This document shows, in pieces, positions 1 to 11,440 of a stretch of DNA of 22,657 nucleotides. The notes beneath the pieces are model-generated. The model was not told where the DNA came from, ran no database searches, and saw only the letters and a program-made list of their open reading frames with translations. Source of the DNA: Trichodelitschia bisporula (lineage: Eukaryota); the NCBI GenBank assembly GCA_010356995.1, contig ML996697.1:977793-1000449 (forward strand). The letters run 5' to 3'. The translations under genes and the position numbers were made by a program. The first letter of the stretch is position 1; every line of letters starts with the position of its first letter.

Positions 1-620
1 GCAGCACCGCCTCGTTGGCCTCCGATCTCTTGAGGTCTGCCGCGACTTTGGCCAACTCTTTGTTCACGAGCTCATCCTCTCGGGACTTCTTCTTCTCCTC
101 CTCGAGCTCTCGCTCCAGGTCCTGGATCCGGTCTTGTAACCTCGCTGTAGTAGTCTCTACCCATTCATTCAAGTCCACTACCGTCGTTGCCATCCTTCCC
201 AGCTCAGCCGCATCTTCTTTGATCTTTTGGCCCATGTCCACGACCTTTCGCTCCAGGTCCTTGTTCTGGTCGCGCAGCACCGCCTCATTGGCCTCCGATT
301 TCTCGAGTTTCGCCGCGACTTCAGCCAGCTCGTTGCTCACAAGCTCATATTCTTGGGACTTTTGCTTCATGACCACGAGCTCTCGCTCCATCTCCACGAT
401 CCGGTGTCGCAACGGCTCCTCGGAAGCCTCCTTTGATTGTTGAAGGTGCGCCATGGCCTCTTGCATATCTCTGAACCTGCGCTCTTCATCTATGTGCTCT
501 TGTTGCTTGGTGTCGAGCTGTCGCTCCAGGTCCTTGTACTTGTCGCGCAGCACCCGCCCATCAATCTCCACCTTCTCGAGCTCCGCCTCGAGCTTGGCCT
601 GCTCTTTTCTTGCACTCCCA
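1..620. repeat. Degenerate 273-bp tandem coding repeat (at least 2.3 units visible)
   Basis: GCAGCAC anchors occur at 1, 274 and 547. Positions 1-130 align without gaps to 274-403 (gcagcaccgcctcgttggcctccgat / gcagcaccgcctcattggcctccgat). TCGCTCCAGGTCCTTGT recurs at 248 and 521. Confidence 0.85.
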
Positions 621-1555
621 GTCAGGGCTTTCACCGCTTCCTCCTGCGAAACCTCTTGCCGCTTGAGCTTTCGCTCCAAGGCGGCCCTCATCTCTTGCAG
701 AAGCGCTATCCTTCTCTTAAGGTACGATACTTCGTGGGCTAACTCTCCCTGTTCACCCTGATCGCCCTTCTCCGCTTCGAGCTCCTTCAATTTTCGATGT
801 AGCATCAGATAGGCCACCTTACATGTGCGATACTGCGTCGTGAGCTCCATAATCTTCTTGTCCTTTTTCTCAAGGGACGCAGACAACCCCACCAAGTGAT
901 CTTTGTCCCTTAGCTCTTGTGTTTCACTGCCGTCGTTGCTCACGCTGTGCCGGCGGAATAGACGAGGCGGCAGGCCGCTCGGACTGTATGCACCATGGCT
1001 CGCACTGCGCCGACGACGACGGCGAGGCTGCGTGACATTCGGTCTGTTGCCTATGGGAAACAGCCTGGCGATGCTGCATTTGAGGTCCGCCTGACGCTGA
1101 TTGTTCTCCAGCAGCATGAGGTGTAGCTTCTGGGCGCTCGCAACGAGTGGGTTGATCGCTCTGGCTGGGGCCTCGTCCAAGGCCAGCCCGGACCGCATGT
1201 ACTCGGCGAAGGCATCGAAGTCCAAGGGAGAAATGCGTTCCGCGCCATTCGGATCAACGTGGTGGGTGTGAAGGCGAGAGTGGGCTTGTTCCGGTGAGAC
1301 TTCGGGAGAAGGAGGGTTGGGGTTGTCTGTTGCGGGGGCAGAGCTGCCGGAAGGCGGAAGGTTGACTGTAACGATTGGGCTGTCGTCATCCCCATCCCAG
1401 GTGGGGACAGTTTTTTGGACGTCCGGCTGGATCACCCAGGAGTGTCAGCCCAGTTGCACCTCATCATACGGTTGAGAATTGGTCTCTGTCACCTCATCAT
1501 TTGTGGATGCAGCCTGAGCCTGTGAATGAACCTGGGATTCCGGAGTAGATCCCAT
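1..1555 (-). CDS. Long coiled-coil protein with 91-aa internal repeats (3' end beyond the window; 5' structure tentative)
   Basis: A minus-strand frame missing from the ORF track is open from about 1426 to position 1: PDVQKTVPTWDGDDDSPIV...RRRRRSASHG...EKKDKKIMELTTQY...LERELEEEKKKSREDELVNKELAKVAADLKRSEANEAVL. It is E/K/L/R-rich with heptad periodicity. The ATG at 1555 is in the same frame but separated by one TGA. That TGA lies in a candidate 66-nt intron at 1427..1492 (GTGACA..GCTGAC..CAG). An alternative in-frame ATG is at 1198. Confidence 0.75.
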
Positions 1556-1705
1556 GGAGCTGATGTATGTTTCGGTATCAATGAGAGCAGATACACAACG
1601 AAATAATGTTAGATCGTGGGGGAATGGTGATGGAATTGGTAAACAAGTGGGCTTGTGGCTACTTATCAGTACCTAGCCCGGCTGTAAACAAACAGAGAGT
1701 GGCTT

Positions 1706-1812
1706 CTCCTTCTCCTGGGAAGCGACCCACTGCTTCGTCAAGGCTGAACGTGCCTCCTTCTCCCGGGCAGCGACCGACTCCTTCGTCAAGACTGAACGCG
1801 CCCTCCTTCCCC
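1706..1812. repeat. 48/49-bp tandem repeat (2 full copies plus a partial) spanning the stop codon of the DUF4470 gene
   Basis: ctccttctcctgggaagcgacccactgcttcgtcaaggctgaacgtgc (1706) vs ctccttctcccgggcagcgaccgactccttcgtcaagactgaacgcgc (1754), 6 mismatches. A third partial copy starts at 1803. Confidence 0.9.
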
Positions 1813-4800
1813 GCTCGTATCGCCTTCTTCAGGAAGCTTTATCCCCCACCTTCGAAGCCAGGACCCATTGCCACCGACCTTGGCCTTTGATTCGTCTTTC
1901 CCCAACTCAGTTGGCGCGCGAAGAAGCCCAGATCCATCCTGGCCGTCCCCGGCCATTGATCCTCCTTCCTCCACCTCGTGTCCACTTGGTGCGGCTTCCG
2001 GGCTTCGTTCAGGTTTCGGACTGTCGCCGCGAACTGTTTGTGAATCGGGACTGTTTGGCCCCTGCTCGCCGATACTGTCGTACCTGTACCCATAAAGAGG
2101 CGCTCCCAGAGCAACCACCCTTTTTCCCATCTCCACTATCTTCTCTGGGTCTGTATGAGATTGGCACTTGAGAGGCGAGATATGCCTGTCGCGGCACTCA
2201 TCGCAATGGAAAACGTAGGGGTCAAGACAAAGGAAACAAGGGAAGAGAACAGGCACTGTTCTCCTGCAGTAATGGCACCGAGGAACAACGACGCGGCCTT
2301 CCTGTATGAAGTTGATCAGGGAACGCCAGGGCTCATTCTGTTCGTAGTTGAGCAAGGCATTCCATTGGACTGACAACCGAAGTGGGATGGCAATACGGGT
2401 CATTCTGGGTATCAAGTCGGGACCAAAGTGGTTGAAACGGCTGGGGACCTCACCGTTTCCACAGAAGCAGAGGCAAGGCGAATCGTGACCTTGACCTTTG
2501 GTATCCAGGTACGCATCGTCGCAGGCCGGAACGTGCTCCCACGTTCGGCAACGTTCCGCAAATGCGGGAAGTACGTTCCGCCACATCTGGAGCTGCCCGG
2601 CGTCCATATCCAGAAAAACCACACGCTTCTGATGCACATCCTGAAGAGCCTGATGTAAGGCCGGCTGGTCCCACTCGCGGCAGTCGGCAGCGGCACCATC
2701 GTGTACCACTGTACCGTTGCCGATGTCTAGCCTTGGAGCGAAAATCGAGAGGAGCAGTTCGATTGGCCGCTGACTTCCGGCCATCTTGGTCCTGAGAGCA
2801 AAGAAAGTACAAGGAGGAATTGGCTCGTACAAAAAGACAAATGCGCTAATAAAGAATATAGTGTTCTCGAACGCCTGACTGAGGTGCTCACGGAAAGACA
2901 TTTCGTCCCACTGAGGATGCCATCCGTCCAGACGATCAAGGTAACGAATCGAACACATCAGAGTGAAGAACCAGATATTCGCTCCCTGGGCGTCGAGCAC
3001 CGACCGGAAGATGGGAAGGCGGTCCAGAACCACCCGATGCAAGTTCACAGGGAATCGGTCTGTGCCAATGCGTATGATGGGATATGTGAGCTCAGGAAAG
3101 GATGCTGCACCTCCGAAACTGTAACAAGATGAGAGCTTCATGCGAATTACAAGAACGTTTTTTTTGGGGTGCAGGACGCAGTCGGCAGCGCGCTGCGGGA
3201 CGGCATACGGAAAGAAAACAGACGTTTCTATGCCGCCAGAAAGAGATACGTGGAAGTGGAATGAGCTCATCCACTCCACGGTGATGTTGCCAGGATGCTC
3301 GGCAAGTTTCCGGGCTTCCGGTGAGATGAGTTCCACTCGGGCTTCCAGAGTAGTTGAGCCTTTAACCGAACCGGGTCTGGCGACGATAGATCGGGAGAGA
3401 TGCACGTCGGTGGAGGCATTTGGCGTCTCGGGCGAGGGCCACGTTCTAAACAACGCCCCGCTTGGATGGGATTCAGTAACGAAGACATGTGCCTGGTCAT
3501 TTAGGCTTGTTGACCAGGGAGGTGTGACGTCACTGGGTCGCGCATCGGAAGGGATATGGTATTCCCAGAAATCAATCCCAATTGGAGTCGTCGGCGGAAC
3601 AGAAACGAGGAGAGGTGCGGGCGCAATAAACGTGAATATAATGCACTTTCCTGTCGTCTTCTTGGAGCGTATGAGCCGGGGTTCACTGGTTTTCGCAATT
3701 TGGAAGTCCATGGTGTTTCTTGGTCCCGACCAGGTGACATAACCGGATTCGACCGTAACTGCCCGAAAATACACATTTTTTCCAAACCCAATAGCTTGCG
3801 TTAGATCAAGAAAGCAGCACCGGCCCCAATCGATGGTACGCGAGTCGTTTCTAGGGCGGAGAGATGTTTTCTGAGGAGCTTCGGATATCGGGACAGCCAG
3901 TGTAACGAAGAGGTCGTGGGGAATGCCACGCCAAGGACCAACGCCGCCGTTTCTTTTGGTCATAGCGTACGGATCGTTGGCAACAGTGAAGTTAGTTGTG
4001 TCCAGGCCCATAATCCGAGCATAAGAAAACGCCTCCTCGAGGCAGAATCCGTCCTGCCGCGCGTCGGAGCATTTGGTGATAAGATGGAAGAGTCTGGCCA
4101 TGACTTGCCCGAAATCCACGGCGACTCTACGCTTGGCAAGCTGCAGAAATCTTAGGAAGGAAACCGTGTGGAAACTCCCTGCCAAAAGGTAATCTCGCTT
4201 ACCACGCTTGGGCTTTCGCGGAAACATCATCTTGTACGTTGTGAACAGGATGGAGGCAAGCTCGCGCCTCCCGAATCGTATGTTAGGTACTGCAGTTGGT
4301 AGGGCTATGTCCACGCCTTGGATCGCTGGCTTGAATGTAAGCACTCCCGTGTACCATTCTCCATGGTCGTGTCGCTCGTACAGAGCAGGGTCGGTGGAGG
4401 CCAGGTTCGTGTATTCAACCGCAAGAAGTCCGAGCAGCATGCATGTGGTTGAAAAGTCGCCGTGGAGGACGTGAGAAATATGGAGTTGCGCAATATCCTC
4501 GCCAGGATTTTGAAGGGCGGCTTTGCGTTTGTTTAAAGAGAACCTAGTACGCAGAGCGCTAGTTGGCGACGGGCGAAGAAGGGGTGCAGCCATAATCAGG
4601 ACAGAAAGCAACTCATAATCGGGGGACAGGCTCGTCGCATCGATGAAGTCAAACCCTGGACCAGCGCCCTGAGCCCGCTCTGGCAAGAGCTCCAGATTCC
4701 GACACACGAATCCAGGTTCATTGAAAGGCCATGGGATCAAGGTGATATTTTCCCGAGCGAGCTGGAAACTGGCCACCCAAGCATGGAATTCCACCTGCGC

Positions 4801-5746
4801 CTGTACGATTCCGGGGGTAGAATCAGCCGAACTCTTGGGAACTTTCAGCAAAGGCGAGTTAGAGTCTAAGGTAAGAAAGGAAGTTGCAAAATGAAACGCT
4901 TCGAGTGGATTGCGTGTGAGTGTCAAAAAGGATGTGTCAAGGAAGGCCGGATTGTCTAGCCGATTGACGCTTGCGGAGTGACTATCTGTTATTCCTTCCT
5001 TGAAGTATGACTTCAACGCGGCAGTCGACCAAGGTGGGGCCGGACCATATGTGGCCGTCGGAGAGGAGCGATTGGTCATATGCACCAGGTGAGTTGACCA
5101 GGCTGCCTCCCAAGTTTCCATGTCTTCTTGGGCGCTAAGTAGCTCCTCCATAAGATGGCTGGGACCCGACGCTTCGAGCATTGCTTCCCACTCTTGTCTC
5201 AACTGGGCCAGAATTGCCGGCCTCGGCATCTCGATGTGCATTGCGTACGGCCCGGTAAGCCAGGTCAGCAAGGAACTGGAATGATCACACAACTTTTTGA
5301 CTTGATGCAAGAGCAATGCGTGGGCCTTGCTATCAATCTGCAGGTCGTGAAAAATCTGCCAAATCTCGTCCTGGTGCTTCTGACGGGGATCGTCCAGCAG
5401 GAGGGTATACAAGAGGACGTTACGAGCTAGATCCGTCAGAAATACTTCGTGCATAGACCAAGGATCGCACCGAGTTTTGAAGGGTAATCGCTGAGGGTAA
5501 CTCGGATTCGATTTGTGCCTGGCTGCGGTTACCCACTGTGACAGTGTAGGGGAAGAAGTACGAACGCGCAAGGTCATCCGAATAGCAGGTGAACAGAATG
5601 CGGCGTATGTCGGCTTCGTTAAGTATCAAGATGTTCGCGTCCTGGCTCCGCGGAAGGCTTTGGGTGAGGCATGTCGCAGGTTCCTGCATGAATGGGGACT
5701 GGAATCTGTACTGCTCGGGGATGAACATGTCAAGGTAGGAGTACAT
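1786..5746 (-). CDS. DUF4470-type / MYND-zinc-finger-like protein, about 1289 aa, divergent
   Basis: Exons 5746-5566, 5518-5471 and 5426-1786. Introns are 5519..5565 (GTTCGT..CAG, 47 nt) and 5427..5470 (GTGCGA..CTGAC..TAG, 44 nt); phases join correctly. Family-like motifs: PATCLTQSLP..DANILIL, ARNVLLYTLLLDD, NPLEAFHFAT, FDFIDATSL, RLDIGNGTVVHDGA, WRNVLPAFAERCRTWEHVPAC, CLCFCGNG. The C-terminal Cys cluster is CHYC-x9-CFLC-x7-CDEC-x3-H-x5-C. Confidence 0.8.
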
Positions 5747-6423
5747 TGTTGGCTATGAATGAGGTTGAATAGATGTTCGAAGAAAGATAGTGCGCGTACA
5801 GTATATCATCCGTCGAGGTGGCTCCAGAGGCACGGAGACGGAAGAGATGGGCGTGAAGAAATGGGCGGGGAGAGACTGGTGTGAAGATATGAAGGAATGG
5901 GTTTCTAGGCTCAAGGGCTCCCGTGGCAGGTGTTTGGATCTCGACACATGTAGTAACCCCCCTTGCCAGCACAGATGATATGCATACGGTAGTGCTTGCA
6001 CTTGAGCGGTTGGGATTGAGGAAAATTGCTTCATTGAATTTGGGAGTATCGGAGCCCGACCCTGGAACGACTCACTGAGAAGGACCAAGCTTGGAAGCGG
6101 TTCGCAGTTGGCTGCCGTAGGATGCTGCATATGGGCGGGTAAAAGATGGAGTGCTTGGGAGCTGCGTGCTGTCTCTGTCAGCTGAGTTGAAGCTGCCGTG
6201 CTCTACGGATGTACTGTGTACGGTACAGTTTCGGTGGGTTGGGCTCCACCAGCGACGTCGTCGCCGGAACTATGCCGGGCCGAGCGACGTCATGTGCTCG
6301 CGGGTCGAACACCCCACCGGGCAGCCACAAACATCGCGTGCATCACGAACTCAACATCGCGCCGTCAAACCTTTGTCGTCTCAATTGCGCCACCACATCA
6401 CTGCCGCTTCCAACGTCTCCAGC

Positions 6424-7152
6424 ATGGCCGACCCTCTACATTCTCCATCGCCTCCACCTCCGCAGCCGCAAGATCTCACCCCCGGTCACCGAGCCACAGT
6501 GTTCCAAACGGCCTTCGAGAAGGCGCTCGACGCGACGCTCAAGAAGTGCTCCTATGACAACTTCGCCGCCTGCTTTCCCACCATTGCTGAGCGCCGCGGC
6601 GAAGTTCTGCGCGAATTCTGGCGCAACTTCACCGACCGGCTGAACACGGTGTGCAAGGTGCGTTGTGCAGAACGCGGCGCGGACGCTGCTCACCGTCACA
6701 GGACGAGTTCCAGGCCATACTGAAGGAGCGTAACGTTGTCGCCTCGCTCAACTCGCTCGATCGCCTCGTGGCCGAAGCCAAGGCGCGCAAAGCGGCCGCC
6801 GAAGGCTCTGCCGAGCCTGTCCCGTAGGTTTCTCCCAGTCTCCTCTCACGCCCACCAGTCTAACGCCCACAGGCCGCACACGCTCCCTCCCGCTGCGTTG
6901 CTGCACGCGCATCTGCTTCCTTTTCTGAACGAGCAGGAGTCGGCGCTGACTGCCGCTCTGTCGACGCTAGAGACCCGCAACAATGCTCTCGCGGAGACGA
7001 TACAAGCCCAGCGGGCTGAGATGGAAGGCCTCGTGCGAGGACTGGAAGCCGTGATATCGGATTTGGAGCGCAGCGGCGAGATGCTACAGTCGGACGAGGT
7101 CCAGGGCCTTCTGGCGGATGTTAAGATGATTGATCAAGAGCTGAACTCCTGA
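6424..7152 (+). CDS. NNF1: Kinetochore MIND/Mis12 complex subunit Nnf1, about 211 aa
   Basis: Exons 6424-6657, 6702-6823 and 6873-7152. Introns are 6658..6701 (GTGCGT..GCTCAC..CAG, 44 nt) and 6824..6872 (GTAGGT..TCTAAC..CAG, 49 nt). The spliced protein reads PGHRA..ALDATLKKCSYDNFAACFPT..CKDEFQAILKERNVVASLNSLDRLVAEAKARK..PHTLPP..AHL followed by a coiled coil, as in fungal Nnf1. Confidence 0.88.
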
Positions 7153-7842
7153 GGGGATGTGATTCTCGGTATCGGGCTTACAACCAAAACTTGTGGCTAC
7201 GTTGGAGCATACCAGCACCGATTAAAGGCGCCTCGGGAGACGAGCTCTTCTACAGTACGGTGCTAGCCACGCTCGCGGGCTCGGCACAGGGTGGCTTCGC
7301 GATCAAGCCGGGCAGATGGCCCCGGGAGGCAGCCTCGGCTGTGCAGAGCACCACGGGGATACTGCCGTGGGTCGGCGTACCCAGAGTGTGGCTGACTTGA
7401 TTCAAGGGACGCCACAGTGCTTGCAACCGGGTTCAGCAGAACGCCGCTTGGCCACTGTAGAAGAGGCTAATGAGGCAGAGTTTAAGAATCAGGATCGCGA
7501 TGATACCGGCCACCTCCCATGACCGATCGATCTCTTCGACCGTTTGAATGAAATGACTGAAGACAAAATATTGCTTAAAGTACATATGCTCTGTCGAACA
7601 CCGGTGGCAGGAAATTCAATACCACGCGTTTTTGGCAGTTTCTCGCCCATCGCTTCATGGTGTTATCCACCTGAGGTGCCCTCGCCTTCCAGGGCTTGTA
7701 AACTGTATCCTTGCTTGACCAGCGCTGAGTCTCGGTCACCACTGGCAAGACGAGAACAGGCCGCATGAAGTGATATATTACTGGTTCATCTCTTAACTAC
7801 AAACCTCAAAGCCACCAAAGCCTCCGCTCAACGTAACCACAC

Positions 7843-10800
7843 TCACCACGCAATCCGCGCCAAAAACCCCTTGGGCCACGTTCTCACCGCCCACTTCCTC
7901 GCCTCATCCAGCAGCAAAATCCCCATCCCAAACGCCATGGGCAAGAAATAATGCGCAACCGGCACGCTCGTCGTGCCCAGCACCGACTGGAACTTAGGCA
8001 CATATAGAAAAAACACGGCAATGAGCAAAGCGAAGGCCATGGCGGGGAAGAGGTACATGTTGCGTGTTGCCGCGCGGAAGAGAGGCGGGTGGTGCAGCAG
8101 GGAGAGGCGCCGCGTGCGCACGGCGAGGAGGTTGAACCATTGCCTAGAAGGTTAGGGGCGTGACTTGGGGGGGAGGGGGAGGCATACATGACGACGAGAT
8201 TGATGAAGTAGATCGACGAAGCCTCGTTCAAGATCGCGGTGTATGTCTCGCTGTCCATGCCGGCGGGTATCTTGCCGAAGCCGAACCAAAGCACGGAGAA
8301 GGGAATGCCCTTGCGCGCTGCGTACCAGTATGCCATGGAGAAGGAAGCGATGGTTTCGAGCATGCCGGTGAAGCCATAGGCCTGCAGAATGAGCTGCCAG
8401 TCGACCAGATGATCCTTGCGCGTATTCCGCGGCGGGAGGAGCAGCACATCGGCCTCTGGCTTTTCAAACGCAATGGCCGTGGCTGCGGCGCAGTCCGTGA
8501 AGCAGCAAATGATGATCATGAGGAACGAAGAGAGCACCTGTGGCAGCCCGAACACGACATTCGTCATCACGGGCCAGAACTCAGAGAACGAGCCCGCGGG
8601 GAGCAGGTAGCAGATCGTCTTCTTGAGGTTGTCGAACACGACGCGCCCGTACTTGACCGCCTCGACGATGGCGGCGAAACTGTCCAGCAAAACCATGTCG
8701 GCTGCCTCGATGGCGATATCGGACCCCGAGCCCATGGCGATGCCGACGTTGGCTGCTTTTAGCGAGGGTGCGTCATTGACGCCGTCGCCGGTCATGCCGA
8801 CTACTTCGCCCCGCGCCTGCAGCTCCTTGACGATGCGCAGCTTCTGCTCCGGCGATGTGCGGGCGAATACAATGGCGCGGTACGCACAAAGTGCATCCCA
8901 CTGCGCTTGGTCCAGCTGCTCGAGATCGGCACCGCTGACGACCATGGCATCTCGAGGAGGACTTCCACCCGCGAGACTGGACAAGGACAGGGCGCTCGCG
9001 TCGTCGACGAGGTTCGACGTGATGATCCCGCACTCCAAGGCAATGGCCTGCGCCGTGAGCTTGAAGTCGCCGGTGACCATGTGCACCTTGATGCCCGCAG
9101 TGTGGAGAATGCGCACGACCTCGGGGATCTCGTCACGTGGTGGGTCGAAAATGCCGACAATCCCAACCAGCTCGAGTCCTGCGGTCGCGGCATCGAGCAT
9201 CGCATCTTCAAAGTCTTGCGATTGCACGTCGGAAGAGAGGACAGAGGAGGGAAGTTGTTTCCGTGCAAGCAGGATGACCCGCTTTCCCTGCGCGGACCAG
9301 CCGTCCTTGACGGTCTCGACGTGCGCGCGCTGCGAGTCGGTAAGCGGCAGCGATGAACCGGACGCGTCGACGTAGTGTGAGCAGCGGCGGAGGAGGATGT
9401 CTGGCGCGCCCTTGATGGTGAGGTAGACACCGTCCGATGCGTGCTGAACGACCTGTACCATGAACTTGTTTCGGCTGTTGAAAGCGATACGAAAGACGCG
9501 GCGCCAAGCGTCGCGTAAGGCGGATACGGGAGAGAGGCTTTCAGCGAGGCGGAGAATGGCAGTGTCGGTCGCGTCTCCGATGATTTTGCGCAGCGAGAAC
9601 GGAAGATGCATTGTTGTTGGGTCGAAGTCAGCGGCGTTGCAAAGGGCGCTGAGTGTAGCGAGGAGATGCAGCGCAGGAACCGGAGCCGTATTCGGGGGTT
9701 GCTCGAGGGAAGTGAGGCCGGTGGCCGCGTTGGCGGTAAGGGATTGGCGGTCAACAAGGACGTCGGTGACGGTCATTTGGTTCTGGAGGAGTTAGGGGCG
9801 AGTAGGATGAATTGTGTAGGGAGATTCAGAGCAGATGGAGAAGAAAAGGATGAGAAGTGACCTACCTTCGTCAATGTGCCTGTCTTATCCGAGCAGATGG
9901 TGCTGACGGATCCCAGAGTTTCGACTGTCTTGAGTGACTTGCAGAGGATCTTGTTCTTGCGCATAATACCGGCAATGATAGTGAGGCTGATTGTTAGCCT
10001 CGTCGCGGACAATCATCCCAAACTCACCTGGCCGTGACGGCAATTGGAAGCCCCTCCGGAATGAAGGCTACAGCAACGCTAACGCAGTCGACGATGAGCA
10101 TCGGTACAGTGATCCAGTCCGGATGGCTGTGACGCAGCCAGGCCCCCCTTCCGAATTAGCTGTCCGCAGACCAGGGGGATGACGCTAACTTACCAACAGA
10201 TGCAGACAACAACGACCATGGTCAACATGATGAGTACAATGAGCGCCACAAAATAGTAGATTTCCCTTTCGAGAGTCGTAAGTGCTGTGTTCGGGACCGA
10301 CGTTAATTTGGCAAGCTGGCGGCGTTAGCACGCCCATGAAATGCGGCATTTCATACGCGACCGAAGACTGAGCGGTCGCCAGTGGAGATGACGATGCCCA
10401 TTGCGCTACCAGCAACACAATGGCTGCCCGCCATGCCAATACACGGCGTCTCGAGGAAGTTCTTCTCGGTTGAGTTGACGGCGCCGCGAAGGGGCTCGGA
10501 CTCCCCTGGCAGTGTTAGGTGGTAACAGCAGTAGAGAAAGACATACCCGTCAAGATGGAACGATCAAAGCGGGCATCAGAGCTGACCTCGACAAAGCGGA
10601 CGTCTGCCGGCAGCTTGTCGCCCATGGAGAGGAACAGCATATCGCCTGGAACAATGTGTTTGCCGGAGATCTGCTGCTTCGCGCCGTCACGAAGGACAAA
10701 GCACTCATCAGGGAGCATCGTTTTGATGGAGGACATGACACGGGAGCTGGACCAATCTGGAAAGGTCAGCCTTGCCGCGGGCTCGACGCAGACGCACCTT

Positions 10801-11440
10801 GGTAAAAAGCGAATGCCGCCTGTACAATCCACACAATGCCTAGCACAATGGCGAGCGCTAGGTTGGCAATGGCCGGCGGCTGTCCAAGCGGCTTCCAAGC
10901 GATGAAGACCAGAACTGAGGCAATGAAGAGGACAGTGCCGAAGCCGCCGAACAGGTATCCGAGGATCTTGAGCCAGAGACGAGACCGGGGCTTGGAGGGG
11001 ACATTTGGCCCATACTCCTGCAGCTTACGGGCACTCTGTTCCTTCGACAAGCCATGGCTGGGCGATGCGGACAATCTGGTGTAGACTTCGGCGACCGGGA
11101 TGTGGTGCCAGTCGAGGCTGGCGAACTCGGCGCTCACGCCGACATCCGACTTGCTCTCGGTGTCGGGTGCCTTCGACTGAGCCTCGGTGACATTGAACGA
11201 GCTGACGGGTGAGCGAGGCCAAGGCTGAACAATCAGCACCTACAGTGTGCGGTACTGAATCGGCAGCACGACGCTCGGGTCTACCTGCACGCGCCCGCGG
11301 GAGAGCGAGCGCACGGAGACAGAGTCGTGCGACGCGCGCGACGAGCGCCGCTGCCGGCTGCCGCGCGGCGCGACTTCGACATCGCCGGCATACTGTACGT
11401 GGGCGCGTGATTGGAATTGAGCTTTGTCTGGGTCCGACAT
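7843..11440 (-). CDS. P-type II cation ATPase, fungal Na+/K+-ATPase alpha-like (ACU-type K+/Na+ uptake ATPase), about 1072 aa
   Basis: Nine exons: 11440-11244, 11201-10798, 10756-10547, 10505-10357, 10315-10194, 10147-10028, 9986-9866, 9782-8188, 8143-7843. They total 3219 nt with all phases consistent. Motifs: [33 protein letters not shown] (phospho-Asp), [50 protein letters not shown]-type identity is secure; the ACU subfamily assignment is an inference. Confidence 0.95.

Noticed and set aside
15..1395. Plus-strand Ser/Leu-rich ORFs and the minus-strand ORF 1051..1395
   Set aside because: These are antisense or off-frame shadows of the coiled-coil gene.
1444..1446. A-to-I editing or readthrough of the in-frame TGA
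   Set aside because: The TGA is part of a perfect branch site with a nearby CAG acceptor, so an intron is the simpler explanation.
8160..9860. Long overlapping ORFs (200-318 aa) inside the ATPase
   Set aside because: Expected shadow frames of GC3-rich coding sequence.
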